Of a stretch of DNA of 64,000 bases, positions 34,388-46,143 are shown piece by piece. Position 1 is the first letter of the stretch; each line of letters starts with the position of its first letter. The stretch is from an uncultured Gemmatimonadales bacterium (lineage in GTDB: Bacteria; Gemmatimonadota; Gemmatimonadetes; Gemmatimonadales; GWC2-71-9): NCBI GenBank assembly GCA_963728915.1, contig CAVSLV010000002.1, forward strand, positions 352,001-416,000, read 5' to 3'. Below the pieces are notes generated by a model. That model worked only from the letters and a program-made list of their open reading frames with translations, did no database searches and was not told the origin of the DNA. The position numbers and the translations under genes were made by a program.

Positions 34388-34618
34388 TCAGGGAACCGGG
34401 TCGTAGCCGCCGGGATGGAACGGATGGCAGCGAACAATGCGCCGGAGCCCGAGCCAGGACCCCCGAAGGACGCCATATCGATCGACCGCTTCGAGCGTGT
34501 ACTGGGAGCAGGTCGGATAAAAGCGGCAGCTCGGCGGAAGAATGGGAGAGATCACGCGTTGATATCCGCGAATCATGGCGATCGCTGCCACGCGGGGCCA
34601 GCGGAGCGGCGAACCCAT
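34388..34618 (-). CDS. yidD: Membrane protein insertion efficiency factor YidD
   Basis: CRFYPTCS and [14 protein letters not shown]. Confidence 0.95.
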   Translation of the reverse strand: MGSPLRWPRVAAIAMIRGYQRVISPILPPSCRFYPTCSQYTLEAVDRYGVLRGSWLGLRRIVRCHPFHPGGYDPVP

Positions 34619-34622
34619 CGCA

Positions 34623-34964
34623 TCAGCCTGCGCGGGAGCGCCACGCGAGGAGCGCGTGGCGCAGAGAATCGAAGCGGGCCTGGTAGGCGACCCCGCGGGT
34701 TCGAATGACCACGTCCCAGGACGGGACCGTCTGCATCAGCTCCCGTCGCCACAATTCTCTGAGCCTCCGGCGCAAACGATTGCGGGCCACCGCGCTGGAC
34801 TGGAACTTCGGAACGATGAGTCCCATCCTCGAATGGCCCGCCTGATTGTCCGTCCACCACACATCGAGAAGTCCGAAGGATCGGCGGTGGCCCGTCCGCT
34901 GCACTCGCTCGAAGTCCGCTTTCCCATGCAGTCGGGACGAGCGAGAAAACCGCTGGTCCGTCAG
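34623..34964 (-). CDS. rnpA: RNase P protein (core domain; start uncertain, CTG at 34964 or TTG at 35126)
   Basis: RMGLIVPK and [13 protein letters not shown] (RNR motif); synteny with rpmH. Confidence 0.9.
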   Translation of the reverse strand: MTDQRFSRSSRLHGKADFERVQRTGHRRSFGLLDVWWTDNQAGHSRMGLIVPKFQSSAVARNRLRRRLRELWRRELMQTVPSWDVVIRTRGVAYQARFDSLRHALLAWRSRAG

Positions 34965-35122
34965 CGACCCCCGTGCTTCGAAGGCACCTTCACCGTGAGA
35001 CGCTTGCGGCCCTTCTTCCGGCGGCGCGACAACACTTCGCGGCCCCACCGATCGGCCATTCGAGCCCGAAAGCCGTGCTTGTTCAGGCGCTTGCGATTGC
35101 GTGGTCGATATGTGGGTTGCAT
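34961..35122 (-). CDS. rpmH: 50S ribosomal protein L34
   Basis: [22 protein letters not shown]...[10 protein letters not shown]. Confidence 0.96.
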   Translation of the reverse strand: MQPTYRPRNRKRLNKHGFRARMADRWGREVLSRRRKKGRKRLTVKVPSKHGGR

Positions 35123-35151
35123 GCAATTTCCGGGAATTTTGTGAGCCGGGA

Positions 35152-35181
35152 AAGTTAGTGACGCGATGCAGCGCCGGTCAA
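35152..35181 (-). promoter_or_regulatory. rpmH operon promoter
   Basis: TTGACC-18nt-TAACTT on the minus strand. Confidence 0.6.
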
Positions 35182-35183
35182 GG

Positions 35184-35212
35184 TTGACTTTTCCACAACC
35201 GCGCCGTAGCTT
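35184..35212 (+). promoter_or_regulatory. dnaA promoter containing a DnaA box
   Basis: TTGACT-17nt-TAGCTT, with TTTTCCACA at 35189-35197 between the hexamers. Confidence 0.7.
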
Positions 35213-35259
35213 CGCACGCCCCAACAACATCCCACCGAACAAAAGAGCCAATAACGGGC

Positions 35260-36651
35260 ATGCAGCTGCCGCTGAAAGAAGCCTGGACCCGTATTCTGGA
35301 CGACGCCCGCCGCGAAGTCCCCGAAAAAGATTTCAAGGCATGGGTCGAACCCGCCAAGCCAGTTTCCCTCGAGAACGATCGCCTGGTTCTGGGCGTTCCC
35401 GACGAATTCGCGGTGCGCTGGAACGAAGAGAAGAACGCGGTGCTCTTTCGCCGTCTCGCCGAGCGTGCCCTGGGACGACCGGTCACGGTGGTCTTCGAGG
35501 TGGATGCGGATCGGCTTCAGCGGCCCCAGATGGATTTCTTCGTAGCCCCGCCCCAGCCGCTGGCCGGGGGGACCGGCGGCGGATCCAACGCGCCAGCCCA
35601 GCCTCTCAACGAACGTTACACCTTCGCGAACTTCGTCATCGGCAAGTCGAACGAGCTTGCCGCGGCCGCGGCACACGCCGTCGCAGAAGCCCCTGGCAAG
35701 CTCTACAACCCCTTGTTCATCTACGGCGCCACCGGCCTCGGCAAGACCCACTTGATGCAGGCTATCGGGCACACAGTGACCCGGCGGAGCCCCGCACTAC
35801 GGGTGCTCTACGTCGGAGCCGAGCAGTTCATCAACGAAGTGATCGAGAGTATTCACTCACGGACCATGCCGGAGCTCAGGCGCCGCTATCGGAACGAAGT
35901 CGACCTCTTTCTGGTGGACGACGTGCATTTCCTGGAAGGCAAGGAAGCGACCCAGGAAGAGTTCTTCCATACGTTCAATACCCTCTATGAGGCCAAGAAG
36001 CAGATCATCCTGACCTCGGATCGCCCCCCCAAGGAGATGCCCGGCCTGGAGGCGCGGCTGGTCAGCCGGTTCGAGTGGGGCATGGTGGCTGATGTGGGGC
36101 AACCCGATCTGGAGCACCGGATCGCCATCCTCCGGAAGAAGCAGGAGCAGGACCACCTGGAAACCACGATTCCCGACGAAGTGCTGAGCTTCATCGCCGA
36201 ATACGTGCATTCCAACGTCCGGGAGCTCGAGGGGTGCATCATCAAGCTCCTCCTCTACGCCTCGCTCCGGCATCGGGAGATCACCATTGACCTGGCTCGG
36301 GAGGCGCTGGCCGACAAGATCCGGCCGGGCCAGGAGCAAGCGACGAACCAGCCCAAGCTGACGCCAACGATCGACAAGGTGCAGGATGTGGTCGCGCGAC
36401 GGTGGGGAGTGACGCCGGAAGGCCTGCGCTCCAAGGCCCGGATCAAGACGCTCACGGTTCCCCGCCAGATCGCGATGTACCTCGCGCGTGAAGTTCTCCA
36501 AATGCAGCTCGTCGAGATCGGACAGGCGTTCGGTGGACGCGATCACTCGACCGTGATTCACAGTGTGGACAAGGTGCAGCGTCAGATTCAGCGCGATCGG
36601 CAGTTCAGGGAACGGGTTGAGTCGGCGCGGCAGGAGTTGTACGCACCATAA
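35260..36651 (+). CDS. dnaA: Chromosomal replication initiator DnaA
   Basis: [34 protein letters not shown] and GGRDHSTV. Confidence 0.98.
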   Translation: MQLPLKEAWTRILDDARREVPEKDFKAWVEPAKPVSLENDRLVLGVPDEFAVRWNEEKNAVLFRRLAERALGRPVTVVFEVDADRLQRPQMDFFVAPPQPLAGGTGGGSNAPAQPLNERYTFANFVIGKSNELAAAAAHAVAEAPGKLYNPLFIYGATGLGKTHLMQAIGHTVTRRSPALRVLYVGAEQFINEVIESIHSRTMPELRRRYRNEVDLFLVDDVHFLEGKEATQEEFFHTFNTLYEAKKQIILTSDRPPKEMPGLEARLVSRFEWGMVADVGQPDLEHRIAILRKKQEQDHLETTIPDEVLSFIAEYVHSNVRELEGCIIKLLLYASLRHREITIDLAREALADKIRPGQEQATNQPKLTPTIDKVQDVVARRWGVTPEGLRSKARIKTLTVPRQIAMYLAREVLQMQLVEIGQAFGGRDHSTVIHSVDKVQRQIQRDRQFRERVESARQELYAP

Positions 36652-36876
36652 TCGCGACGACGCATACCGGTGTTGTGGAGGAGCGGGACAACCGGAGATT
36701 TTTGGGTCAGTCTCCCCATTGCCCACAGAGACTCCGGAAGGCCCGAACGACGCATCCGTGACCGAGGACGAGGGTTGGACGTTGCATCCACATTTCCAGA
36801 CCCTCTACTACGACTACTAGGATAAGTAATTACTAGAAGTCTTTCTTTTTATCCGTCGTTGCCTGGAGCTTTCGCA
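36652..36876. other. Probable oriC unwinding region
   Basis: Degenerate DnaA boxes (36674-36682, 36719-36727, 36784-36792), a DnaA-trio tract CTACTACGACTACTA at 36805-36819, then an AT-rich stretch; located between dnaA and dnaN. Confidence 0.8.
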
Positions 36877-37996
36877 ATGAAGTTCACCATCACACGGGAC
36901 AAACTGCACGAGGGCCTGACCGCGGTCGCGTCCAGCGTTCCGGCCAAGACCACACTGCCCGTGCTTGCCAATATCCTGGTTGAGGCCTCCAAGGACGGAC
37001 TGCGCCTTTCCGCCACCGATCTGGACATCGCGGTCAGCACCATCATTCCAGCCTCCGTTGACCAGGAGGGTGCCCTGACCCTGCCGGCCCGGAAGCTCAG
37101 CGAAATCGTCAAGGAATTACCCAACGCCGCGATCCGGATGACTGCTTCGGGCGAGCAACGGGCCCAGATCGAGTGCGGCCGTTCGAAGTTCAAGCTGCTG
37201 GGGCTTTCCCGGGAGGAATTCCCCGCTTTTCCCAGCGTGGAGTTCGAAGGCGGATGGAAGGTCGCTGCCAGGGAGCTCCAGAAGCTCATCGGGCACGTCG
37301 CCTTCGCGGCTAGCACCGAGGAAAGCCGGCCAATCCTGAACGGCGTGCTCTGGGAGCTCAGGCCCGACCGGATGCGGATGGTCGCCACCAACGGACACCG
37401 TCTGGCCCGGATGGACGTCCCCGCCTCGGGGCAAAAAGGCAGCGGGGGCCAGGCGGATCTCGATCATCCCGCCCAAGGCGCTCGAACAGATTCGCCGGCT
37501 CTTCGGGGGAGACGATGAGATCGAGATCGGCCGGAGCGATAACCACCTGGGATTCCGCTCCACAACCACACAGGTGTACACCCGGCTGATCGAGGGCCCC
37601 TACCCCAACTACGAACAGGTCATTCCCCGGGAGAACGACAAGGCTCTGACCGCCGACAAGCAGGCGCTTTCCGGCGCGCTTCGGCGGATGAGCATCGTGG
37701 CGAGCGACCAGACCCACCGGATCCGCATGGCGTTCACCAACGGCGCCTGCAAACTCTCGGTACAGACGCCCGACCTGGGAGAGGCCCAGGAGGAGATCGC
37801 GGTGGCGTACGAGGGCGATCAACTCGAAATCGGATTCAATGCCGCGTACCTGCTGGAGATTCTCAAGTTCATCCCGACCGAAGAGGTCCGGATGACCTTC
37901 AAGGCGCCGGAGCGCGCCGCCACGTGCGAACCGGTGGGCTGGGATGACCCGGCGAGCTACCTGACCCTGGTGATGCCCCTCCGCCTGGTCGACTGA
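36877..37996 (+). CDS. dnaN: DNA polymerase III beta clamp (frameshift at ~37461, probably a sequencing error)
   Basis: MKFTI..LPVLANIL, ATNGHRL, RLIEGPYPNY, IGFNAAYL and LVMPLR. Confidence 0.95.
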
Positions 37997-38936
37997 TCCG
38001 GTTTCCGCAACACCGGCTGGGTATCGGGTCTTGCCGGGGCCGTATCCGTTCTGGGCCTGACCGAATCCGGCTTGAGCGGGATGGTGTCCGGCGCGATGAG
38101 GGTGTCGGGCGCCACCAGCGGTACGAGGAGCGTATCAGGGATGTCGGGAACGGAGGGAATCTCGACCGGCTCGCCGCGTAGCCACCGCAGAATCATGTTC
38201 TGACGCCATCGCATCCGGCCGGGCCGGTAACCCGGATTGGAGCGCAAGGGGAACGGAAGCGTTCCCGCCAGCGCAGCCGATTCTTCCATTGAAAGCTCCC
38301 GCGCGCTCTTCCGGAAGTACTCCCGGCTCGCCGTCTCCGCTCCCCAGATCCCCGGTCCAAACTCGGCGACATTGAGATACAGCTCCATGATGCGATCCTT
38401 CCCGAGCCAGTATTCGAGCCGCCAGGCCAGCAGGGCTTCCTTGATTTTTCGAAACGGGCTTCGCGAGGACGACAGATAGAGATTCTTGGCGAGCTGCTGC
38501 GTGATCGTGCTGGCGCCTCGCAGATCGTCGGGATGCCGGCGGGCTGTTCGGATCGCCTTGAACAGCTCTCGACGATCCCTGGCGCTGGTCCAGGAGAAAT
38601 GGTCAGGGCGATAGCCCAGTGCTTTCCGGAACTCGACGAAATCGATTCCTCCATGCTCTTCAAATCGCTGGTCTTCCCCCGCCATCACCGCAGCGGGTAA
38701 GGACTTTGCGATCTCATCGAGGGGTACCGGCTGGTAGCCGGCATGGTAGGATTGACCCGTTCCTCGGCCTCATGCCGCCGCATGGCCATGAACGAGGTTT
38801 CCCGGGGCCAGGTCCAGCGATACCAGATCGGTGGCGGCCAGACCAGCCAGATCCAGAGAAAGAAGAGCAGAAGGACGGCCCCCACCGTGTAAGCGAGGTA
38901 CCGCAACACCACAAGGAGCCTCAGTGGGCGCCTCAT
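37957..38936 (-). CDS. mtgA: Monofunctional peptidoglycan transglycosylase (frameshift at ~38740)
   Basis: N-terminal TM, then EDQRFEEHGG, GASTITQQLAKNL, RKIKE and YLN. Confidence 0.88.
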
Positions 38937-38983
38937 TCGATATTAGTAGTTGTCACTACTACCTATGAATCCTCTAATGGAAA

Positions 38984-39014
38984 GCCCCCGGCGTCTTTGT
39001 GGGACGCCGAGGGC
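38984..39014 (-). terminator. Hairpin immediately downstream of rnpB
   Basis: GCCCCCGGCGTC / GACGCCGAGGGC stem followed by a short T run on the minus strand. Confidence 0.45.
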
Positions 39015-39397
39015 ACGGGCTGGCTCGTAAGCCGAGTTCTGTTCCCTTTGACGGGGATGGTCATCCATCTGGGATGGCCGTCACCGGCCACCTCGAGCAG
39101 CCTACCCGCGGCTCTCCTTCACCGAAGCGAAGATTGGTGTGGGTCACACCTTGCCGCCTATTTGGCCTTGCTCCGACTGGGGGTTGCCGTGCCCCCTTGC
39201 TTACGCTCGGGGCGGTGGGCTCTTACCCCACCGTTTCACCCTTACCGCGGTGCTTTCGCACCTCGGCGGTCTGTTTTCTGTGGCCCTTTCCGTCGCCTTG
39301 CGGCGCCCAGGCGTTACCTGGCAGTCTACCCTGTGGAGCTCGGACTTTCCTCGAGAGAAGCAGGCTTCTCCCGCGACCATCGCAGCCGACCCGTCCC
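39011..39397 (-). ncRNA. rnpB: RNase P RNA (type A)
   Basis: Minus strand has GAGGAAAGTCC and AACAGAACTCGGCTTA; the termini pair as P1. Confidence 0.95.
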
Positions 39398-39520
39398 GGA
39401 ATCTAGCACCCGAACGCCAAGTCGTCTCGCTGGAGGGCACTTCCTGCGGTTTTGGAGCTCCCGTCCGGGGCTTTCGACCCCCGCCGAGTTTTGAACGGGG
39501 GTTGAGGGCCACGGCGCAGT

Positions 39521-40456
39521 ATGGCGGCACCAGGAGGAATCATGACCGGCGCCCTTGTCGTTCGAACCATAGCTCGCGATCCCGAGCGGGATGCTCCGAC
39601 CGTGGCCGCGGTGGTCGCCCCCGCCGAACGCCCCATGCTCGACGCGGCGGCGGTCGGCAACTTCTCAATCCTGCACCGCAGCTCGGTGCCTGAGGCGGTG
39701 CGTGCGGTGCGGGAACGCGCTGTGGACGCGGTGCTGCTCTCTGCCTACCACTGCTCCGACGAGCGGCCCGACCAGGTCGACGAGCTGGTGCGGAGCTTTC
39801 CCGGTGTGCCCACCGTGGCCCTGGTGACCCGCCACGATCCGAGAATCTCGGAGACGCTTCTGCGTCTGGGCGCGACTGGGATTCGGCAGGTGGTGGACGT
39901 CACCGCGCCGGCGGGGTGGGCCAGGCTCCGGCAGCTGGTGGCCGAACCGGCCACCAGAGGCGCCGCGCGAATTCTTGCCCCGCTTCTCGCGGCCCTGCCG
40001 GGCATTCCCTCGGACTCGCGCCTCTTCCTCGAGGTGCTGGTGCGGGTCGCGCCGGTTACCGCCTCGGTGCGGACGATCGCGCGCCGGCTCCAGCAAAAGC
40101 CCAGCACCTTGATGTCCCGGTTCGTCCGGGCTGGGCTTCCCTCTCCCAAGACATACCTCGCAGCCATTCGGCTGCTCTACGCCGCGCAGTACTTCGAGGG
40201 AGGAGGGCGATCGGTGTCCGACGTGGCCTATCGGCTGGATTGCTCCTCGCCCCAGAGCTTCGGTCGGACGTTACGGGCGATGCGGGGGATCACGCCGAGC
40301 GAATTTCGCCGCCGGTTCCCCTTCCCCGTGGCGATGGAACATTTTCTCGAGAATCTCGTGGTGCCTTACCGGAAGGTGTGGGCGGGATTTCACCCCCTTC
40401 AAGGTCCAGCGCGCCTGCAGGAGTTTTCGGCTGTGGTTACAAACCAATTTCAATAG
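39521..40456 (+). CDS. AraC-family HTH regulator
   Basis: C-terminal SVSDVAYRLDCSSPQSFGR..GITPSEFR. Confidence 0.8.
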   Translation: MAAPGGIMTGALVVRTIARDPERDAPTVAAVVAPAERPMLDAAAVGNFSILHRSSVPEAVRAVRERAVDAVLLSAYHCSDERPDQVDELVRSFPGVPTVALVTRHDPRISETLLRLGATGIRQVVDVTAPAGWARLRQLVAEPATRGAARILAPLLAALPGIPSDSRLFLEVLVRVAPVTASVRTIARRLQQKPSTLMSRFVRAGLPSPKTYLAAIRLLYAAQYFEGGGRSVSDVAYRLDCSSPQSFGRTLRAMRGITPSEFRRRFPFPVAMEHFLENLVVPYRKVWAGFHPLQGPARLQEFSAVVTNQFQ

Positions 40457-40981
40457 TAGTTGTTATTGCAACAACCTTAATATTGGCCCCCGTCTCTATC
40501 GCCGAGCGTCCCCCCTGCTCACGGTCCACCACCGCCAGAACGCCGAGGACTTGCCCACCCTCCCGGCGCACCGCCTGGATGGCCTGGAGGGTGGATCCCC
40601 CGGTGGTGATGACGTCTTCAACCACGACGACGGGGTCTCCGGAGCTGAAATTGCCCTCGATGCCCTTCCCGGTCCCATGCTCCTTGGGCGCCTTTCGCAC
40701 GCTGAACCCCTCGATTTCCGGTGGCGCATCCACGCTCGCCCGCGCGATTGCATACGCGACCGGATCGGCGCCGAGGGTGAGGCCGCCAACCGCGCGGGGC
40801 AGCCATCCGGCTTCCCGAATCAAGGCGAGGCCGAGTCGACCGACCAGGAGCTGCCCCCGGGCGGACATGGTGGTTTTGCGGGCGTCGATGTAGTAGTGAG
40901 AGCGTTGTCCGGAAGAGAGCGTGAAATCTCCCAGTTGGATGGAGCGCTCGCGGAGCAACGCCGCGAGCGACTCCCGATCGG

Positions 40982-40985
<4 letters not shown>
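40437..40985 (-). CDS. pyrE: Orotate phosphoribosyltransferase
   Basis: FTLSSG, YYIDAR, RKAPKEHG and VVEDVITTGGS. Confidence 0.94.
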
Positions 40986-41887
<902 letters not shown>

Positions 41888-41934
41888 GGGAGGCAGTCCA
41901 AGCTACCGCCGGTGACGAATCCGAACAAGCGTCT

Positions 41935-43293
41935 ATGACGATCCCCTTGCTTCGGCGCTGGACGCCGATCAGCCTCCTCCTGTCGGCCGCTTGCGCTTCG
42001 CCGCGGCCGCCCTCCACGACGGCCAACCCTTCGACCGAACAGACCCTGGGTGAGCTGTTCAATCTGCCCTCGGTCTATCAGCGGCTGGGCCGCCTCGCCG
42101 CTTCGGGTCCCATGCCGTTCGTGGGGGACGTGGCATTCCTGAAGGGCAGGGGAGATTCGTCCATCGCGCGAATCGCGGTCTCGTTTGAGAACCATGCCTT
42201 CGCGTTTGCCCGGGAGGGCACCGCCTACATCGCGCGGTTCCGGGTCGAGTACAACCTGACCCGCTCCGGTCAGGCTCCGCTCCAGGCCTCCCGTGAGGAA
42301 GTCGTGCGGGTACAGTCCTTCGCGGAGACCCAGCGGAACGACGAGAGCGTGATCGTCGACCAGGGTTTCATGTTGTTACCCGGCGCCTACGACCTGACGG
42401 TGACGGTGCGGGACCCTGCGGCGAACGTATTCTCGCGGGCCGAGCAGTCGCTTCAGGTGCCCTCGTTCCCGGCCGGAAGCATGACCAACCCGATTTTTGT
42501 CTATCAGGTCCGTCCCCGTCAGGACCTTTCCGACTCCCTGGCTCTCCTGCTCAATCCCCGCGGCACCGTGGCGAACGGGGGAGGGGATTCGCTGATGCTG
42601 TACGTGGAGGCCTACGACGTTCCCGCGGCGCGTCAGATCCCGGTCCAGGTACGGGACGACCAGGATAGCGTCCTGTATCAGGCCACGCTGGGACTTCATG
42701 GCGGGCTCCCGGTCGAGGGGCACCTGGTGCGAATCGCGTCGGATGCGCCACCTCTGGGCCAGCTGACGGTGCAGGTCGGCGAGGGAGCCGAACGCAAGGT
42801 GGCCACCGCGCTGGTGTCCTTCTCCCGCAACTGGGTGGTCACCAATTACGACAACCTGCTCGCGTTGCTCCGGTTCTTTCCCTGGCGGCCCGATCTGCTC
42901 AACGCCCTCCGGCAGGCCCGCCCGCCGGAGCGGCCCCGATTGTGGCGGGAGTTCTGGACCGCGACGGACCCTAACCCGCAAACCGGGGAGAACGAAGCCC
43001 TGGACATGTACTTCACCCGGATCGCCGTGGCCAACGAGCGGTTCAAGGATGAAGGCGGCCCGGGATGGCGGACCGATCGCGGCGAGGTCTACATCACCCT
43101 GGGCGAGCCGGACCAGGTCTACGAGAACCCTCCGGGCTCGGACCAGCGCATCGTGCAGTGGGCGTACGGCTACTACCATGCGGTGATCACCTTCGCCGGA
43201 CCGATCGGCTTCAGCCGGCTCCGCATCACGACGGCCTCCCGGGCCGAATTTGCCCGGGCCCGGGCTCAAGTGATTCGGCAGGGGCCACGGTAG
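41935..43293 (+). CDS. GWxTD-domain lipoprotein
   Basis: Lipobox SAAC and GWRTDRGEVYITLGEPD. Confidence 0.85.
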   Translation: MTIPLLRRWTPISLLLSAACASPRPPSTTANPSTEQTLGELFNLPSVYQRLGRLAASGPMPFVGDVAFLKGRGDSSIARIAVSFENHAFAFAREGTAYIARFRVEYNLTRSGQAPLQASREEVVRVQSFAETQRNDESVIVDQGFMLLPGAYDLTVTVRDPAANVFSRAEQSLQVPSFPAGSMTNPIFVYQVRPRQDLSDSLALLLNPRGTVANGGGDSLMLYVEAYDVPAARQIPVQVRDDQDSVLYQATLGLHGGLPVEGHLVRIASDAPPLGQLTVQVGEGAERKVATALVSFSRNWVVTNYDNLLALLRFFPWRPDLLNALRQARPPERPRLWREFWTATDPNPQTGENEALDMYFTRIAVANERFKDEGGPGWRTDRGEVYITLGEPDQVYENPPGSDQRIVQWAYGYYHAVITFAGPIGFSRLRITTASRAEFARARAQVIRQGPR

Positions 43294-43316
43294 GCGGACG
43301 GGCGGACCGGCGGACG
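43293..43316. repeat. 3 x 8-bp GGCGGACN tandem repeat
   Basis: ggcggacg ggcggacc ggcggacg. Confidence 0.7.
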
Positions 43317-43332
43317 TACCTAGCTTTCCCCC

Positions 43333-46143
43333 ATGCCCAACCATGATCCGCCTCAGCTCTTCCTGATCGACGGTCACGCGCTGATCTACCGCGCGTTCTT
43401 TGCCATGATCGCGCGGCCCCTCCGCACCAGCCGGGGGGAGAACACCTCGGCCGCCTGGGGGGTGGTGAATTTTCTGCTCCGCCTCCAGTCGAAATACCGT
43501 CCCGACTACCTGCTCTGGATCCTCGACGCGGGAGACTCCTTCCGGGTCGCGCGCTACCCCGAGTACAAGTCCACCCGGACCAAGCTCACCGACGAACTCC
43601 AGGCCGATTTCGATCTCGCGCTCGAGCAGGCCGGCCGTCTGCTGGCGGCGTTCCGGGTCCCGGTCCTCGCGATCCCGGGTTATGAGGCCGATGACGTGAT
43701 CGCCACCGTGGCTCGCCGGGAAGCCGCCGCCGGCCGCCAGGTCGTCATCGTCTCCGGAGACAAGGATTTCCACCAGCTCGTCGGCCCCCGGATTGCGCTG
43801 CTCAATCCCGGCCGGGGCGGTCCCGCGGGCGTCGAAGAGCACTGGGTGGACCAGTCCAACGCCAGCGAGCGGCTCGGCGTGCCACCGTCGCAGGTCGTCG
43901 ACTACCTCGCGCTGGTCGGGGACACTTCCGACAATGTCCCGGGAGTGAAGGGAATCGGCGAAAAGGGCGCGATCCAGCTGCTCCAGCAGTTCGGCGACCT
44001 CGAGACCATGCTGACCCGGGTCGGTGAGATCACCGGCAAGCGTCCGCGCGAAGCGCTCCAGCAGTACGCCGAGGCTGCGCGGCTTTCCCGCGAGCTGGTC
44101 ACCTTGCGCGAGGACGTCCCGGTCGAGTTCGACCCGGAGACGGCCGCCGTCGGGGAACCCGACCGTCCCGCCCTCCTCAAGGAATTGGCCCGGCTGGAAT
44201 TCCACTCCCTCGCGACCCGCCTGATTCAGGCGGAGGGCCCCGCCGAACCGCTCACCGTTCCGGTGCCCGGCGAGGCTGCGGCGCCTGCCGAGGCCCCGCC
44301 GGCCGCCAGCATGGAAACCCGGGTCATCGATCAGGCCGCCGGGTTACCTGACCTGGTCGCGGCGATCCGTGCCGCACCTCTGGTCGCGCTGGACACCGAG
44401 ACCAGCTCGATGGAACCTCACGATGCCGAGCTGGTCGGGCTGTCGCTCGCGATCGCGCCCGACACCGCCTGGTATCTCCCATTCGGGCATCGTCCACTGA
44501 GCGGTGAGCTGGCCGCCCCGGCGCCCGTGGTGAATCTTCCGCCGCTCACCGATCCCGCCTGTCTGCCGCTCACCGAGCTGCTCGGGGATCCCGCGGTCAA
44601 GAAGGCCGGGCACAACATCAAGTACGACTGGCAGGTGCTTCGTCGCGCCGGGGTCGAGCTTCGGGGAGTGGTCTATGACTCGATGCTCGCGAGCTTCGTG
44701 CTGGATCCGGGTCGTCGGAGCCACGGGCTCGACACTCTCTCGCTCGACCACCTGGGGCGGCCGATGCGGACCTACTCGAGCACCGCGGGAAAGGGAAAGG
44801 CGGAGATTCCGTTCGCGGAGGTGGACGTTGCCGAGGCGGCGAGCTATTGCGGCGCCGACAGCGCCACAGTGCTCGCCCTGCATGCCTATTTCACGCCCCG
44901 GCTCGCGGAAACCGCGCTGCAACCGCTGCTCGATACCATCGAGATGCCGTTGGTCGAGGTGCTGGTGGACATGGAGTGGACCGGGATCGCGATCGACCGG
45001 GCGCTGTTTGCCAGACTCTCCCGTGAGCTGGCCACCGATCTGCAGCGTCTCGAGACGGAAATCTGCCAGGCGGCCGGCGCCTCATTCAACGTGAACAGCC
45101 CGCGTCAGCTCGCTTCCATCCTCTACGAGAAACTCCAGCTTCCCATTTTGAAGCGCACCCGGACCGGTCCCTCCACCGACGCCGACGTGCTGGAACAGCT
45201 TGCGGCCCTCGGGCACGAGGTGCCCACCCTTCTCCTGGAGCACCGCGAGCTTCAGAAACTCCGGTCCACGTATGTCGATGTGCTTCCCGGCAAGGTGCAT
45301 CCCCGGACCGGCAGAATTCACACCAGTTTCAATCAGGTCGGCGCCGCCACCGGCCGCCTCTCGTCGTCGGAACCGAATCTCCAGAACATTCCGGTGCGGA
45401 CTTCCCGGGGAGAAGCGATTCGGCGCGGCTTCGTGCCGGCGCCGGGCTGGAAATTCGTGGTGGCGGACTACTCCCAGATCGAGCTGCGCCTCATGGCGCA
45501 CCTGTCGCAGGACCCCGCCTTCATCGCGGCGTTCGAGCAGGGAGAGGACGTCCATCGCCAGACTGCGGCCATCATCTTCGGAGCGGCTCCCGACCAGGTG
45601 ACCGCCGAGATGCGGGCCCGCGCGAAGACGATCAACTTCGCCACCATTTACGGGCAGGGCGCCTTCGCGCTCTCACGGCAGCTGGGGATTGCCCAGGAGG
45701 AGGCGAAGGCGTTCATCGCCGAGTATTTCCGGCGCTTCTCCGGGGTGCGGGCGTTTCTGGATCGCCAGGTCGCACTGGCTCGGGAACGCGGTTACGTGGA
45801 GACGCTCTTCGGGCGGCGCCGGTATATCCCCGAAGTGAAGGACCGCAACTTCAACACCCGGGCCTTCGGGGAACGGCAGGCCCAGAACGCGCCGCTGCAG
45901 GGATCCGCCGCCGATCTGATCAAGATCGCGATGGCCCGGATCCATCGCGCGCTCGGGGAGGCGGGCTGGGCCGGGAGGCTCCTCCTCCAGGTCCATGACG
46001 AGCTGGTGCTGGAATGTCCCGAGACCGAGGTGGACACCCTCTCCCGGATGGTCAAAGAACATATGGAGGGCGCCGCGACCCTTACGGTCCCTCTGGTGGT
46101 GGAGGTTGGGGTGGGAGCGAACTGGCTCGACGCGAAGCACTGA
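43333..46143 (+). CDS. polA: DNA polymerase I
   Basis: LIDG, EADD, DTET, DYSQIELR, KTINF and QVHDEL. Confidence 0.98.
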   Translation: MPNHDPPQLFLIDGHALIYRAFFAMIARPLRTSRGENTSAAWGVVNFLLRLQSKYRPDYLLWILDAGDSFRVARYPEYKSTRTKLTDELQADFDLALEQAGRLLAAFRVPVLAIPGYEADDVIATVARREAAAGRQVVIVSGDKDFHQLVGPRIALLNPGRGGPAGVEEHWVDQSNASERLGVPPSQVVDYLALVGDTSDNVPGVKGIGEKGAIQLLQQFGDLETMLTRVGEITGKRPREALQQYAEAARLSRELVTLREDVPVEFDPETAAVGEPDRPALLKELARLEFHSLATRLIQAEGPAEPLTVPVPGEAAAPAEAPPAASMETRVIDQAAGLPDLVAAIRAAPLVALDTETSSMEPHDAELVGLSLAIAPDTAWYLPFGHRPLSGELAAPAPVVNLPPLTDPACLPLTELLGDPAVKKAGHNIKYDWQVLRRAGVELRGVVYDSMLASFVLDPGRRSHGLDTLSLDHLGRPMRTYSSTAGKGKAEIPFAEVDVAEAASYCGADSATVLALHAYFTPRLAETALQPLLDTIEMPLVEVLVDMEWTGIAIDRALFARLSRELATDLQRLETEICQAAGASFNVNSPRQLASILYEKLQLPILKRTRTGPSTDADVLEQLAALGHEVPTLLLEHRELQKLRSTYVDVLPGKVHPRTGRIHTSFNQVGAATGRLSSSEPNLQNIPVRTSRGEAIRRGFVPAPGWKFVVADYSQIELRLMAHLSQDPAFIAAFEQGEDVHRQTAAIIFGAAPDQVTAEMRARAKTINFATIYGQGAFALSRQLGIAQEEAKAFIAEYFRRFSGVRAFLDRQVALARERGYVETLFGRRRYIPEVKDRNFNTRAFGERQAQNAPLQGSAADLIKIAMARIHRALGEAGWAGRLLLQVHDELVLECPETEVDTLSRMVKEHMEGAATLTVPLVVEVGVGANWLDAKH

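Noticed and set aside
31000..40000. parS sites near the origin
   Set aside because: I did not find a TGTTTCACGTGAAACA-like palindrome by eye.
46082..46143. Convergent 3' overlaps (polA/MMPL, dnaN/mtgA, araC/pyrE) as antisense regulation
   Set aside because: Short tail overlaps are common in compact high-GC genomes, and there is no further support.
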